Shown one piece after another: positions 57,078 to 64,000 of a stretch of DNA of 64,000 bases. Where the stretch lies: NCBI GenBank assembly GCA_039193455.1, contig JBCCWO010000012.1:5311-69310 (forward strand), in the 5' to 3' direction. How positions within the stretch are numbered: position 1 is the first letter of the stretch; every line of letters begins with the position of its first letter. The position numbers and the translations under genes were made by a program. The DNA is from Pseudomonadota bacterium. GTDB lineage: Bacteria > Pseudomonadota > Alphaproteobacteria > Rhodobacterales > Rhodobacteraceae. Under the pieces are notes generated by a model. It was given only the letters and a program-made list of their open reading frames with translations, was not told the origin of the DNA and searched no databases.

Positions 57078-57860
57078 ATGACCGAGAGCGAGAGCATGGT
57101 GTACCGCGTGGTGCCCAAATGCGCCTGCTCGTCCATCGGGCAGATCATGTATTACTCGGACCATGCGACGTTTTTTGACGGCGACATTCATGATGCCAAG
57201 ACCGGCCTGCACAAATGGGCCATCGAAGAGAGCCAGCCGAAGATCACCGACAACGTGCGGGCGCATGGCTCTTTCTCGTTCAGCTGCGTGCGCAACCCCT
57301 ATACCCGGATCCTGAGTTCTTTTTTCGACAAGATCTGTGGCATCCAGCGCAACGGACAGCGCTATCGCGGGAACCTTGTGCCGATGCTGGCCCAGAAATA
57401 CGGGATCGAGGTCGAGGGCACGTTCGACCAGATTGCAAGCTTTCGGCGGTTCCTCTTGTTTGCCCGCGACACGATCCGGTTCCGCAAACCGATGGACCCC
57501 GACATCCATTGGTCTGCCATGTCGGGCCACCTGTCGACCTTCATCGTCAATGGCGGGCGGTTCGATCAGATCTTTTTCACCGAGACGTTCAACGACGGGA
57601 TGCAGAAGGTTCTGGATGCGGTGGACACCCCGGTGCCCATCGACCTGGCCGCGGTGCCGCGTTTTAACGAAAGCGAGGGGCACGGACCCAAACGCGCGCA
57701 TCCGGTGGAAGACTTCTTTGACGATCTGTCGATGCACCTGGTCTACGAGATCTACAAGCGCGACTTTCAGTTGTTCCGCTACGATTTCGAGAACCCGGGC
57801 AACAAGATGCCGCTGGGTGAGATCGATCTCGATGAGGTGCATGCCAAGCTGGGGGACTGA
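57078..57860 (+). CDS. Sulfotransferase family 2 (carbohydrate sulfotransferase-like) protein
   Basis: 5'-PSB-like VVPKCACSSIG near the N-terminus. Start uncertain (TTG 56967, ATG 57057, 57078 or 57096). Confidence 0.6.
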   Translation: MTESESMVYRVVPKCACSSIGQIMYYSDHATFFDGDIHDAKTGLHKWAIEESQPKITDNVRAHGSFSFSCVRNPYTRILSSFFDKICGIQRNGQRYRGNLVPMLAQKYGIEVEGTFDQIASFRRFLLFARDTIRFRKPMDPDIHWSAMSGHLSTFIVNGGRFDQIFFTETFNDGMQKVLDAVDTPVPIDLAAVPRFNESEGHGPKRAHPVEDFFDDLSMHLVYEIYKRDFQLFRYDFENPGNKMPLGEIDLDEVHAKLGD

Positions 57861-57863
57861 GCG

Positions 57864-57928
57864 CAGAGGGGGCGCTGCCCCCGCCGCCTGAGGGCGGCCC
57901 CCCGGAGTATTTCTGCCAAGATGAAAGC
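57864..57928 (+). repeat. REP-like intergenic repeat, copy E
   Basis: GGGGGCGCTGCCCCCGCCGCCTGAGGGCGGCCCCCCGGAGTATTTCTGCCAAGATGAAAG. Confidence 0.65.
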
Positions 57929-57931
57929 GCG

Positions 57932-58699
57932 TCAGCGCGTCTGGGCGTGTTCGAAGCGTTGGCGCGCGACGGCTTCGTTGCGTTCGTCCTTTTGCTGGCC
58001 CAAAAGCGCGGTTTCCACGAAATCGAGATGGGCCGAGATGGCGGCGCGACCGGCCGCGGGGTCGCGCGCCTGGAGCGCGTCGTTGATCGCGCGGTGCTGA
58101 TCGAGCAGCATGTCGCGCGTCATCCGCTGCTTGAACATGACCTGGCGGTTGAAGAACACCCCTTGCTGCAACAGGTCGAACATCGAGCGCATCATGTGCA
58201 GCATCACCACGTTGTGGCAGGCCTCGATGATGGCCATGTGGAACTGGGCGTCGAGGTCGGCCTCCTCCGTGGGATCGCGCTGGCTGTGGGCGGCCTCCAT
58301 CTTGCGAAAGAGCGTGTCGACCACCTGAAGATCGGTGTCCGAGCCAAAGCGCGCGGCGCGGTCGATGGCGAGGCCTTCCATATCGCGGCGGAAGGCGATG
58401 TAGTCGAAGACCGCGTCAGGGTGGCTGGCGAAAAGGCGGGTCAATGCCGGGGGAAAATGGGCCCGCAGGTCGTCGGCCACGTAGATCCCCGAGCCGGGCT
58501 TGGTGATGAGGAGTCCGTTGGCGTGCAGATTGGCCACCGCTTCGCGCAGGCTGGGGCGCGACACGCCAATGCGTTCGGACAATTCCCGTTCTGACGGCAA
58601 TCGTTCGCCCGGGCGCAGGATCCCCTGCAGGATCAAGAGCTCGATCTGTCGAACGACGGATTGGGCCAGTTTTTCCGACTGGACCTTTTTGAAAGGCAT
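57932..58699 (-). CDS. GntR/FadR family transcriptional regulator (FCD domain)
   Basis: wHTH with LPSERELSERIGVSRPSLREA plus a helical FCD C-terminus. Confidence 0.85.
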   Translation of the reverse strand: MPFKKVQSEKLAQSVVRQIELLILQGILRPGERLPSERELSERIGVSRPSLREAVANLHANGLLITKPGSGIYVADDLRAHFPPALTRLFASHPDAVFDYIAFRRDMEGLAIDRAARFGSDTDLQVVDTLFRKMEAAHSQRDPTEEADLDAQFHMAIIEACHNVVMLHMMRSMFDLLQQGVFFNRQVMFKQRMTRDMLLDQHRAINDALQARDPAAGRAAISAHLDFVETALLGQQKDERNEAVARQRFEHAQTR

Positions 58700-58717
58700 G
58701 GTTTTTCCTCGCGCGCG

Positions 58718-58736
58718 TGGTCAAAAGATATGACCA
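58718..58736. promoter_or_regulatory. GntR-type operator TGGTCA-N7-TGACCA
   Basis: Inverted repeat TGGTCAAAAGATATGACCA, 19-37 nt upstream of the GntR-family ATG. Confidence 0.5.
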
Positions 58737-58754
58737 ATTCGGCGTTCGGGCAAG

Positions 58755-59642
58755 TCAGGGGGCCTTGGTCAGATCAACGCAGGGGATCGGGCCGGGCCAG
58801 CGTTGCTCGGGCCAATGGGCGTGGCCGCGCACATGTCCGGCGTGGCGAACCGTTGCGATTGCGGCCAGATCGGCCTCTGCAAAGACCCAGCCGGGTGTGT
58901 TCATGTCGCCCAGCGCGAGAAGGCCCGTTTCAGGAAATCCCAGATCGGGCGGGCCATAGATGCCTGCGGCGCCGCGGCTGAGATCGACCGGGGGCGACCA
59001 CGGGGCCGGACCCACGAGCGGTGCGTGGGCCACGACGCATTGCCCTTCGAGCGCGCGGGCCATGGAACCGATGCGCACCCGCCAATAGCCTGCCACCGTC
59101 TCGGTCGCCGAGGGCACGAGCAGGATCGTGGCGCCGGCCTCGACCATCGCGCGGGCGATCAGCGGAAACTCGGCGTCATAGCAGATCGCGATGCCGATGC
59201 GGGTGGGCCCGATGTCGAAGACCTGCGCCCCCTGCCCCGCATCGATGCACCAGGGATCGCGTTCATAGGGCGTGGGGATCAGCTTGTCCTGATGCGCGGT
59301 TTGCCCCGCGGGCCCGAAGAGCCGTGTGCGGTTCACCACCCGGTCACCCACACGAAACGGAAGCGAGCCTGCGGCAATCCAGAGGTTGTGGGCGCGGGCC
59401 AGATCGGCGTGGAGCGCATCGCTCCATCCGATCCGGTCGGTGGCGGCATCGATGCATCCGGTCAGGCTTTGCGCCGCCTCGGCCCCCGCGAGGGCGGTCA
59501 GTTCCATCCCGGCATATTCGGGAAAGAGCAGCAGGTCGGCGCCTGCATCCGCCGCGTCGGCCACCCAGCACGAAAGCTTGTCGGCAAGCGCGGCCTCGGT
59601 GTCGCAGTAGTCCAGCGGATAGGCGGCGGCAGCGAGGCGCAT
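58755..59642 (-). CDS. Carbon-nitrogen hydrolase family protein
   Basis: LLLFPEY (Glu) and IAICYDAEFP (Cys) motifs. ATG 59642 overlaps the upstream stop (ATGA). Confidence 0.8.
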   Translation of the reverse strand: MRLAAAAYPLDYCDTEAALADKLSCWVADAADAGADLLLFPEYAGMELTALAGAEAAQSLTGCIDAATDRIGWSDALHADLARAHNLWIAAGSLPFRVGDRVVNRTRLFGPAGQTAHQDKLIPTPYERDPWCIDAGQGAQVFDIGPTRIGIAICYDAEFPLIARAMVEAGATILLVPSATETVAGYWRVRIGSMARALEGQCVVAHAPLVGPAPWSPPVDLSRGAAGIYGPPDLGFPETGLLALGDMNTPGWVFAEADLAAIATVRHAGHVRGHAHWPEQRWPGPIPCVDLTKAP

Positions 59643-60232
59643 CAGCGGAGCTCCTTCAGCCAGAATTGCAGGGGTTTCTCGGTCTCTTCGGTGTCGCCCA
59701 CATCCCTCCATGGGAAATGCGCGATGGCGTCGGGAAGAGGGGCATAGCCGCGCGCGCGCCAGAACCCATCGAGGGGTCGGTAACCGGCAGGTCGTGCCGG
59801 GTGGTCGTCCGGGCGCTGGACGGCACAAAAGGCCGACCAGCGGCGGGCGAGCGTGCGGGCGTGGGCCTCGCGCTGATCGAAGAACGCGTGACCGGCGCCT
59901 TGCCGGCGATACCGGGGCAAGAGAACCGATTCCGCGCAATAGTAGACCTCGGCCGGGTCCATGCCGCGCGCCTCGAGCGGTGCGGCAAAGGCGGCCTCGT
60001 GCTGTTCGAGCGGAGAGCCGGTGGCCACCCCCACGAGGCGGTCGCCGTCAAAGGCGCCGACGATGCAGACATCGGCGCTTTCGGCATAGGTGGCGAGGTA
60101 GCGGGCCTCATAAGCCGCGTCGCCGTCGTAGAGATAGGGCCAGTCGCGGAAAACAGTGATCCTGAGATCGGCCAGGGCCGCGAGGTGGCCCGCCGTCTCG
60201 GCCTTAGGGAGAACCTGAATGCGGAGCGCCAT
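59642..60232 (-). CDS. GNAT family N-acetyltransferase
   Basis: RRQGAGHAFF loop. Start taken at ATG 60232, downstream of the ompA-like terminator. Confidence 0.65.
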   Translation of the reverse strand: MALRIQVLPKAETAGHLAALADLRITVFRDWPYLYDGDAAYEARYLATYAESADVCIVGAFDGDRLVGVATGSPLEQHEAAFAAPLEARGMDPAEVYYCAESVLLPRYRRQGAGHAFFDQREAHARTLARRWSAFCAVQRPDDHPARPAGYRPLDGFWRARGYAPLPDAIAHFPWRDVGDTEETEKPLQFWLKELR

Positions 60233-60265
60233 GGGCCGAGGCTTAGACCGGGCCTGCAGGGCGCG

Positions 60266-60297
60266 CAAATGCAAACGGCCGGGGCTGGGCCCGGCCG
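60266..60297 (-). terminator. Rho-independent terminator after the OmpA-like gene
   Basis: Minus strand: CGGCCGGG-CCCAGC-CCCGGCCG followed by TTTGCATTTG. Confidence 0.5.
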
Positions 60298-60319
60298 CTG
60301 CGCGTTTCGTCTGACCCGA

Positions 60320-60976
60320 TCAGTTCGGTTGAATGACGATATCGACCCGGCGGTTCTGTTGCCGCCCCTCGGGCGTGAGGTTCGACGCGATCGGTTGATT
60401 TTCGCCCGCACCGAAGGTCCGAAGCCGGAAGGACGGGACGCCGGCGCTGGTGAGCGCTGTTGCGACCGACTGTGCCCGGCGTTCCGAGAGGCCCTGGTTG
60501 TAGGAGGCCGTTCCGGTATTGTCGGTGTGGCCCACGATCTGGACGGTGCTGTCGGGATAGCGTTGCAGGCTGTCGGCCAGCGTAAAGAGGTCGGCGCGCA
60601 AGTCGGGGCGCAGCTGGGCGCTGTCGACGGCAAAAAGGATGTCCTGCGGCATCCGCACGATCAGCTCGTCACCGGTGTTGATGACCTCGACCTCGTTGCC
60701 CAGATCGCGGCGCAACTCCTGCGCCTGTTTGTCCAGGATGTTGCCGACAATGGCCCCGCCGGCGGCACCGATGGCCGCGCCGGTCAGGGCACCGCGCACG
60801 CGGTCATTGCCGCTTTCCTCGATACCGCCGATCAGCCCGCCGATGACGGCGCCTGTCAGCGCGCCCTGGCCCGTGCGCTCAAGCTCTCCCCCGGACTGGA
60901 ACCGCGGGTCGGTACAGCCGGCGACGACCATGGCACCGACGACAGCGATGAGCGCGGGTTTCTTTGCTACTCTCAT
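60320..60976 (-). CDS. OmpA-family lipoprotein
   Basis: Lipobox VVAGC, Gly-rich segment, and OmpA_C motif GHTDNTG...YNQGLSERRA. GAGGAA RBS. Confidence 0.85.
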   Translation of the reverse strand: MRVAKKPALIAVVGAMVVAGCTDPRFQSGGELERTGQGALTGAVIGGLIGGIEESGNDRVRGALTGAAIGAAGGAIVGNILDKQAQELRRDLGNEVEVINTGDELIVRMPQDILFAVDSAQLRPDLRADLFTLADSLQRYPDSTVQIVGHTDNTGTASYNQGLSERRAQSVATALTSAGVPSFRLRTFGAGENQPIASNLTPEGRQQNRRVDIVIQPN

Positions 60977-61083
60977 AGGTTTCCTCAATCTCAATTGGCG
61001 ACACTGCGCCCCCACTGATACAAGGAAACCAAATAGGGCAACACTAAGTTGATATGCGATAGCACGCGGAGAACCGCCTATTT

Positions 61084-61932
61084 TTAAGCGGTTTCGGCGG
61101 CCTCCCAGGCGAGCATGGCGCGCTTGACCGGCAGGCCCCAGTGATACCCGCCAAGCCCGCCGGACTTTCTGAGGGCCCGGTGGCAGGGGATCAGCCAGCT
61201 GATCGGGTTGCGGCCCACGGCGGTGCCGACGGCGCGCACGGCCTTGGGGTGGCCGATCACACGGGCGATGTCGGAATATGTGGTGACATGGCCTGTCGGG
61301 ATGCTGAGCAGCGCCTCCCACACCTTGATCTGGAACGGGGCCCCGATCAGATGCAGCTTGGTGTCATCGCCGCCATAGGCCGCCGCCGCAAGCGGGCCGA
61401 CGGTTTCGGGATCTTCGACATAGGTCGCTGCGGGCCAGCGTGCCACCATATCCTGGTAGGCCGCGTCGCGGCCGGTCTCCTCGGCAAAGGCCAATCCGCA
61501 CAGGCCCCGATCGGTGGCCATGGCCAGCGACAGTCCAAAGGGGCTGGGCACCCAGGCGTAGCGGATCGTCAGCCCGGCGCCGCGGCGGGCGTAATCGCCG
61601 GGGCTCATCGCTTCCCACCGCAGAAACAGGTCGTGCAGGCGGCCCGACCCGCTGAGCCCGACGGCATCGGCGGTGTCGAGCATGGTGTAGCGGTCGGCCA
61701 AAAGCTGTTTGGCGTGATCGAGCGTCAGAAACTGCTGGAAACGCTTGGGCGAGACCCCGGCCCAACGGCTGAAGACGCGTTGAAAATGGGCAGGGCTGAG
61801 GTTCATCTCATCGGCGATCTCTTCCAGCGACAGCCCCCGGCCTTCGCCGGAATCGATCCGGTCGATGGCGCGGCGCATCAGGCGATAGTAGTAGGCGTCT
61901 TCGAAGGCGGGCTCGGTTTGCAGGACGGTCAT
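61084..61932 (-). CDS. AraC-type HTH / methylated-DNA--protein-cysteine methyltransferase fusion (Ada/Ogt-like)
   Basis: N-terminal AraC HTH and C-terminal active site IPCHRA. Confidence 0.85.
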   Translation of the reverse strand: MTVLQTEPAFEDAYYYRLMRRAIDRIDSGEGRGLSLEEIADEMNLSPAHFQRVFSRWAGVSPKRFQQFLTLDHAKQLLADRYTMLDTADAVGLSGSGRLHDLFLRWEAMSPGDYARRGAGLTIRYAWVPSPFGLSLAMATDRGLCGLAFAEETGRDAAYQDMVARWPAATYVEDPETVGPLAAAAYGGDDTKLHLIGAPFQIKVWEALLSIPTGHVTTYSDIARVIGHPKAVRAVGTAVGRNPISWLIPCHRALRKSGGLGGYHWGLPVKRAMLAWEAAETA

Positions 61933-62046
61933 CGCTCATCTCCTTGGCTTGCCTCTGATCTAAGCGACGGCGCGGTGGCATGCGACCCGTTTCCTGCGCG
62001 AAGGCACCGCTTGCCGCCCGGTGGGCTTGGCGGCATAACCCCCCGG

Positions 62047-62691
62047 ATGGCCAAGCAACTCCCCTACTCCGCGATCCACGAGATCTTCACGCGCTTTCGC
62101 GATCTCGACGCAGAACCCAAGGGCGAGCTCGATCATGTGAACGCCTATACGCTGGTCGTCGCTGTCGCGCTGTCGGCGCAGGCCACCGATGTGGGGGTGA
62201 ACCGGGCGACGCGGGAGCTGTTCAAGATCGCGGACACGCCCGAGAAGATGCTGGCCCTGGGCGAGGCGCAGTTGATCGAGCACATCAAGACCATTGGGCT
62301 TTATCGCAACAAGGCCAAGAACGTGATGAAGCTGAGCCAGATCCTGGTCGATGAGTACGGGGGCGAGGTGCCGTCCTCGCGCGCGGCGTTGCAATCGCTG
62401 CCCGGGGTCGGACGCAAGACCGCGAACGTGGTTCTGAACATGTGGTGGGGGATGCCGGCGCAGGCGGTGGACACGCATATTTTCCGCGTTGGCAACCGCA
62501 CCGGGATCGCGCCGGGCAAAACGGTTGAGATCGTGGAGCGCGCGATTGAGGACAATATCCCGGCCCCGTTCCAGCAGCATGCCCATCACTGGCTGATCCT
62601 GCATGGCCGCTATATCTGCAAGGCGCGCAAGCCCATGTGCCCCACCTGCCCTATCATTGATTTGTGCCCGTTTGAGGAGAAGACGGAATGA
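62047..62691 (+). CDS. nth: Endonuclease III
   Basis: HhH-GPD motif LPGVGRKTANVV and 4Fe-4S motif CKARKPMCPTCPIIDLC. Start at ATG 62047. Confidence 0.95.
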   Translation: MAKQLPYSAIHEIFTRFRDLDAEPKGELDHVNAYTLVVAVALSAQATDVGVNRATRELFKIADTPEKMLALGEAQLIEHIKTIGLYRNKAKNVMKLSQILVDEYGGEVPSSRAALQSLPGVGRKTANVVLNMWWGMPAQAVDTHIFRVGNRTGIAPGKTVEIVERAIEDNIPAPFQQHAHHWLILHGRYICKARKPMCPTCPIIDLCPFEEKTE

Positions 62692-63680
62692 AAGACCTCC
62701 ACGTGGTCGGCATCGGCAATGCCATGGTCGACATTTTGGCGTCGGCCGAAGACCAGTTTCTGCACGACAGCGGTGTCGAGAAGGGCATCATGCAGCTGAT
62801 CGACATGGACCGGGCGGTGGAGCTTTATGCCTCGATCGGCCCGGCACGGGAAATCTCGGGCGGGTCGGCTGCCAACTCCATCGCGGCGATAGCGCAGCTT
62901 GGCGGGCGGACGGCCTATGTCGGCAAGGTAAAGGACGATCAGCTGGGCGCAATCTTTGCCCATGACCTGCGCGCACAGGGGGCGATCTATGAAACGCACC
63001 TGGCGCCCAACGATCACCGGGACGAGACCGGGCGCTGCATCGTGCTGGTCACGCCGGATGGGGAGCGGTCGATGAACACCTATCTGGGTGTGACCGAACA
63101 TTTGAGCCCCTCCGACATCGACGAGGATCAGATCGCGCGCGCCGAGTGGATCTATCTTGAAGGCTACCGCTTCGACGGGCCGGAAAGCCACGAAGCCTTC
63201 GCGCGCGCGATTTCAGTGGCCAAACGCACCGGCGGGCGCGTGGCGCTGACGCTAAGCGATCCGTTTTGCGTCGAACGCCACCGGGATGCGTTTTGCCGGA
63301 TGATTGCCGCGGATGTTGACCTGCTTTTTGCCAACCGGGCCGAAGTCATGTCGATGTATCAGACCGAGGATTTCGAAGCCGCGTTGGCGCAGGGCGCGGC
63401 GGAGGTCGAAATTCTGGCGGCGACAGAGGGTGAGAAGGGCGCGCATATCCTGTCGGGTGAGCAGCGGTGGCATGCACCGGCGATGCCGGTTCAGATCGTC
63501 GATGCCACTGGAGCAGGTGATCTGTTTGCGGGCGCTTTCCTTTGGGCGATCACCCATGGCCACGATCTGGAGACGGCAGGGCAAATGGGCTGTGTCGCCG
63601 CGTCCGAGGTGATCAGCCATATCGGCGCGCGACCAGAGGAAGATCTGGCGGCGCTCTTCAAGACACAAGGCTTGCTCTGA
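62688..63680 (+). CDS. Adenosine kinase (PfkB family)
   Basis: VVGIGNAMVD N-terminus and DATGAGDLFAGAF. ATGA overlap with nth. Confidence 0.7.
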   Translation: MKDLHVVGIGNAMVDILASAEDQFLHDSGVEKGIMQLIDMDRAVELYASIGPAREISGGSAANSIAAIAQLGGRTAYVGKVKDDQLGAIFAHDLRAQGAIYETHLAPNDHRDETGRCIVLVTPDGERSMNTYLGVTEHLSPSDIDEDQIARAEWIYLEGYRFDGPESHEAFARAISVAKRTGGRVALTLSDPFCVERHRDAFCRMIAADVDLLFANRAEVMSMYQTEDFEAALAQGAAEVEILAATEGEKGAHILSGEQRWHAPAMPVQIVDATGAGDLFAGAFLWAITHGHDLETAGQMGCVAASEVISHIGARPEEDLAALFKTQGLL

Positions 63681-63693
63681 CGGGGCGCGGTTA

Positions 63694-63747
63694 GGGGCTC
63701 TGCCCCGCCGCCTGCGGCGGCCCCCCGGGATATTTGAAGACCAAAGA
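63694..63747 (+). repeat. REP-like intergenic repeat, copy F1
   Basis: GGGGCTCTGCCCCGCCGCCTGCGGCGGCCCCCCGGGATATTTGAAGACCAAAGA. Confidence 0.65.
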
Positions 63748-63753
63748 CATCCC

Positions 63754-63790
63754 CTTCTTTGGTCCAGAAATATCCCCGCCGGAGGCACAA
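63754..63790 (-). repeat. REP-like intergenic repeat, partial copy F2 (inverted relative to F1)
   Basis: TCTTTGGTCCAGAAATATCCCCGCCGGAGGCAC differs from 14487-14519 at one position. Confidence 0.6.
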
Positions 63791-63823
63791 AAAAACCCGG
63801 CACGTGGCCGGGTTCTTCTGTTT
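63789..63823. terminator. Bidirectional rho-independent terminator
   Basis: AAAAAAA-CCCGGC-ACGTG-GCCGGG-TTCTTCTGTTT: a stem flanked by an A-run and a T-rich run, between convergent genes. Confidence 0.65.
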
Positions 63824-63839
63824 GTGAGGGACGCGGCGC

Positions 63840-64000
63840 TTAGTGCAGCTTGGCATCCACCGTGGCGATGGCGTCTTCGATCAGGCTGTCGGCCTGGGCG
63901 GCGTCCATCTGTTTGGCCACAACCTCGCCTGCCGCTGCCACCGCAATCTCGGTCGCGCGGTCGCGGACCTCACGCAGGGCGGAGGCTTCGGCAGAGGCGA
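63840..64000 (-). CDS. 3' end of a gene running off the window (possibly ATP synthase F0 subunit b/b')
   Basis: My translation of the minus strand gives ...AEASALREVRDRATEIAVAAAGEVVAKQMDAAQADSLIEDAIATVDAKLH*. It is helical and Ala/Glu-rich, and the resemblance to b subunits is by eye only. Confidence 0.4.
   Translation of the reverse strand, partial: ASAEASALREVRDRATEIAVAAAGEVVAKQMDAAQADSLIEDAIATVDAKLH

Noticed and set aside
59021-61018. 665-aa plus-strand ORF spanning three minus-strand genes.
   Set aside because: It crosses the CN-hydrolase, GNAT and OmpA-like genes and their terminator. The sequence is extremely Arg/Pro/Ala-rich, a GC-driven open frame rather than a gene. The same reasoning applies to 19451-21031, 48609-49877, 52881-54254 and 25766-26755.
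61141-62046. 302-codon N-terminal extension of the nth ORF.
   Set aside because: It lies antisense to the ada/ogt gene. Endonuclease III homology begins at ATG 62047 (MAKQLPYSAIHEIF).

Overview
This is 64 kb of a high-GC alphaproteobacterial chromosome. Gene content and a recurring intergenic repeat suggest Rhodobacteraceae, but that is inference only. All calls were made by eye from the sequence and ORF track, with no searches run. I call about 65 protein genes, one tRNA-Ala(CGC), a split tandem glycine riboswitch, a candidate Leu leader peptide, three operator-like palindromes, a few terminators and 7 copies of a REP-like repeat.

Layout:
- 18-7276: a nine-gene translationally coupled operon. 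It encodes ABC importer subunits, a cytosine-deaminase-like amidohydrolase, an FAD oxidase, two flavodoxin-fold quinone reductases, a 2OG oxygenase and a creatininase-family amidase.
- 7682-11582 (minus strand): alpha/beta hydrolase, tRNA-Ala, methyltransferase, a secreted pentapeptide-repeat protein and a cyclooxygenase-like haem peroxidase.
- 11603-16035: gcvP-gcvH-gcvT.
- 16131-18836: an AT-richer 2.7 kb islet carrying a dead tyrosine integrase.
- 19-64 kb: mostly core genes (MATE, gltX, Ser/Thr kinase, nadE, MORN protein, FeS photolyase, leuA, mreBCD-mrdA-rodA, UDG, arsR-permease, kpsTE, murQ, GGDEF-EAL, a GT14 and sulfotransferase pair, CN-hydrolase, ompA-like, ada/ogt, nth, adenosine kinase).

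Headline observation: the islet sits inside the second aptamer of the tandem glycine riboswitch of gcvTHP. It is flanked by an 8-bp direct repeat, and removing it in silico rebuilds a textbook riboswitch. Other points worth a look are the COX-like oxygenase 20 bp downstream of gcvP, a degenerate PAS histidine-kinase-like protein, a Leu-rich leader ORF before leuA, and a GT14/sulfotransferase pair near capsule-export genes. Start codons are often uncertain.
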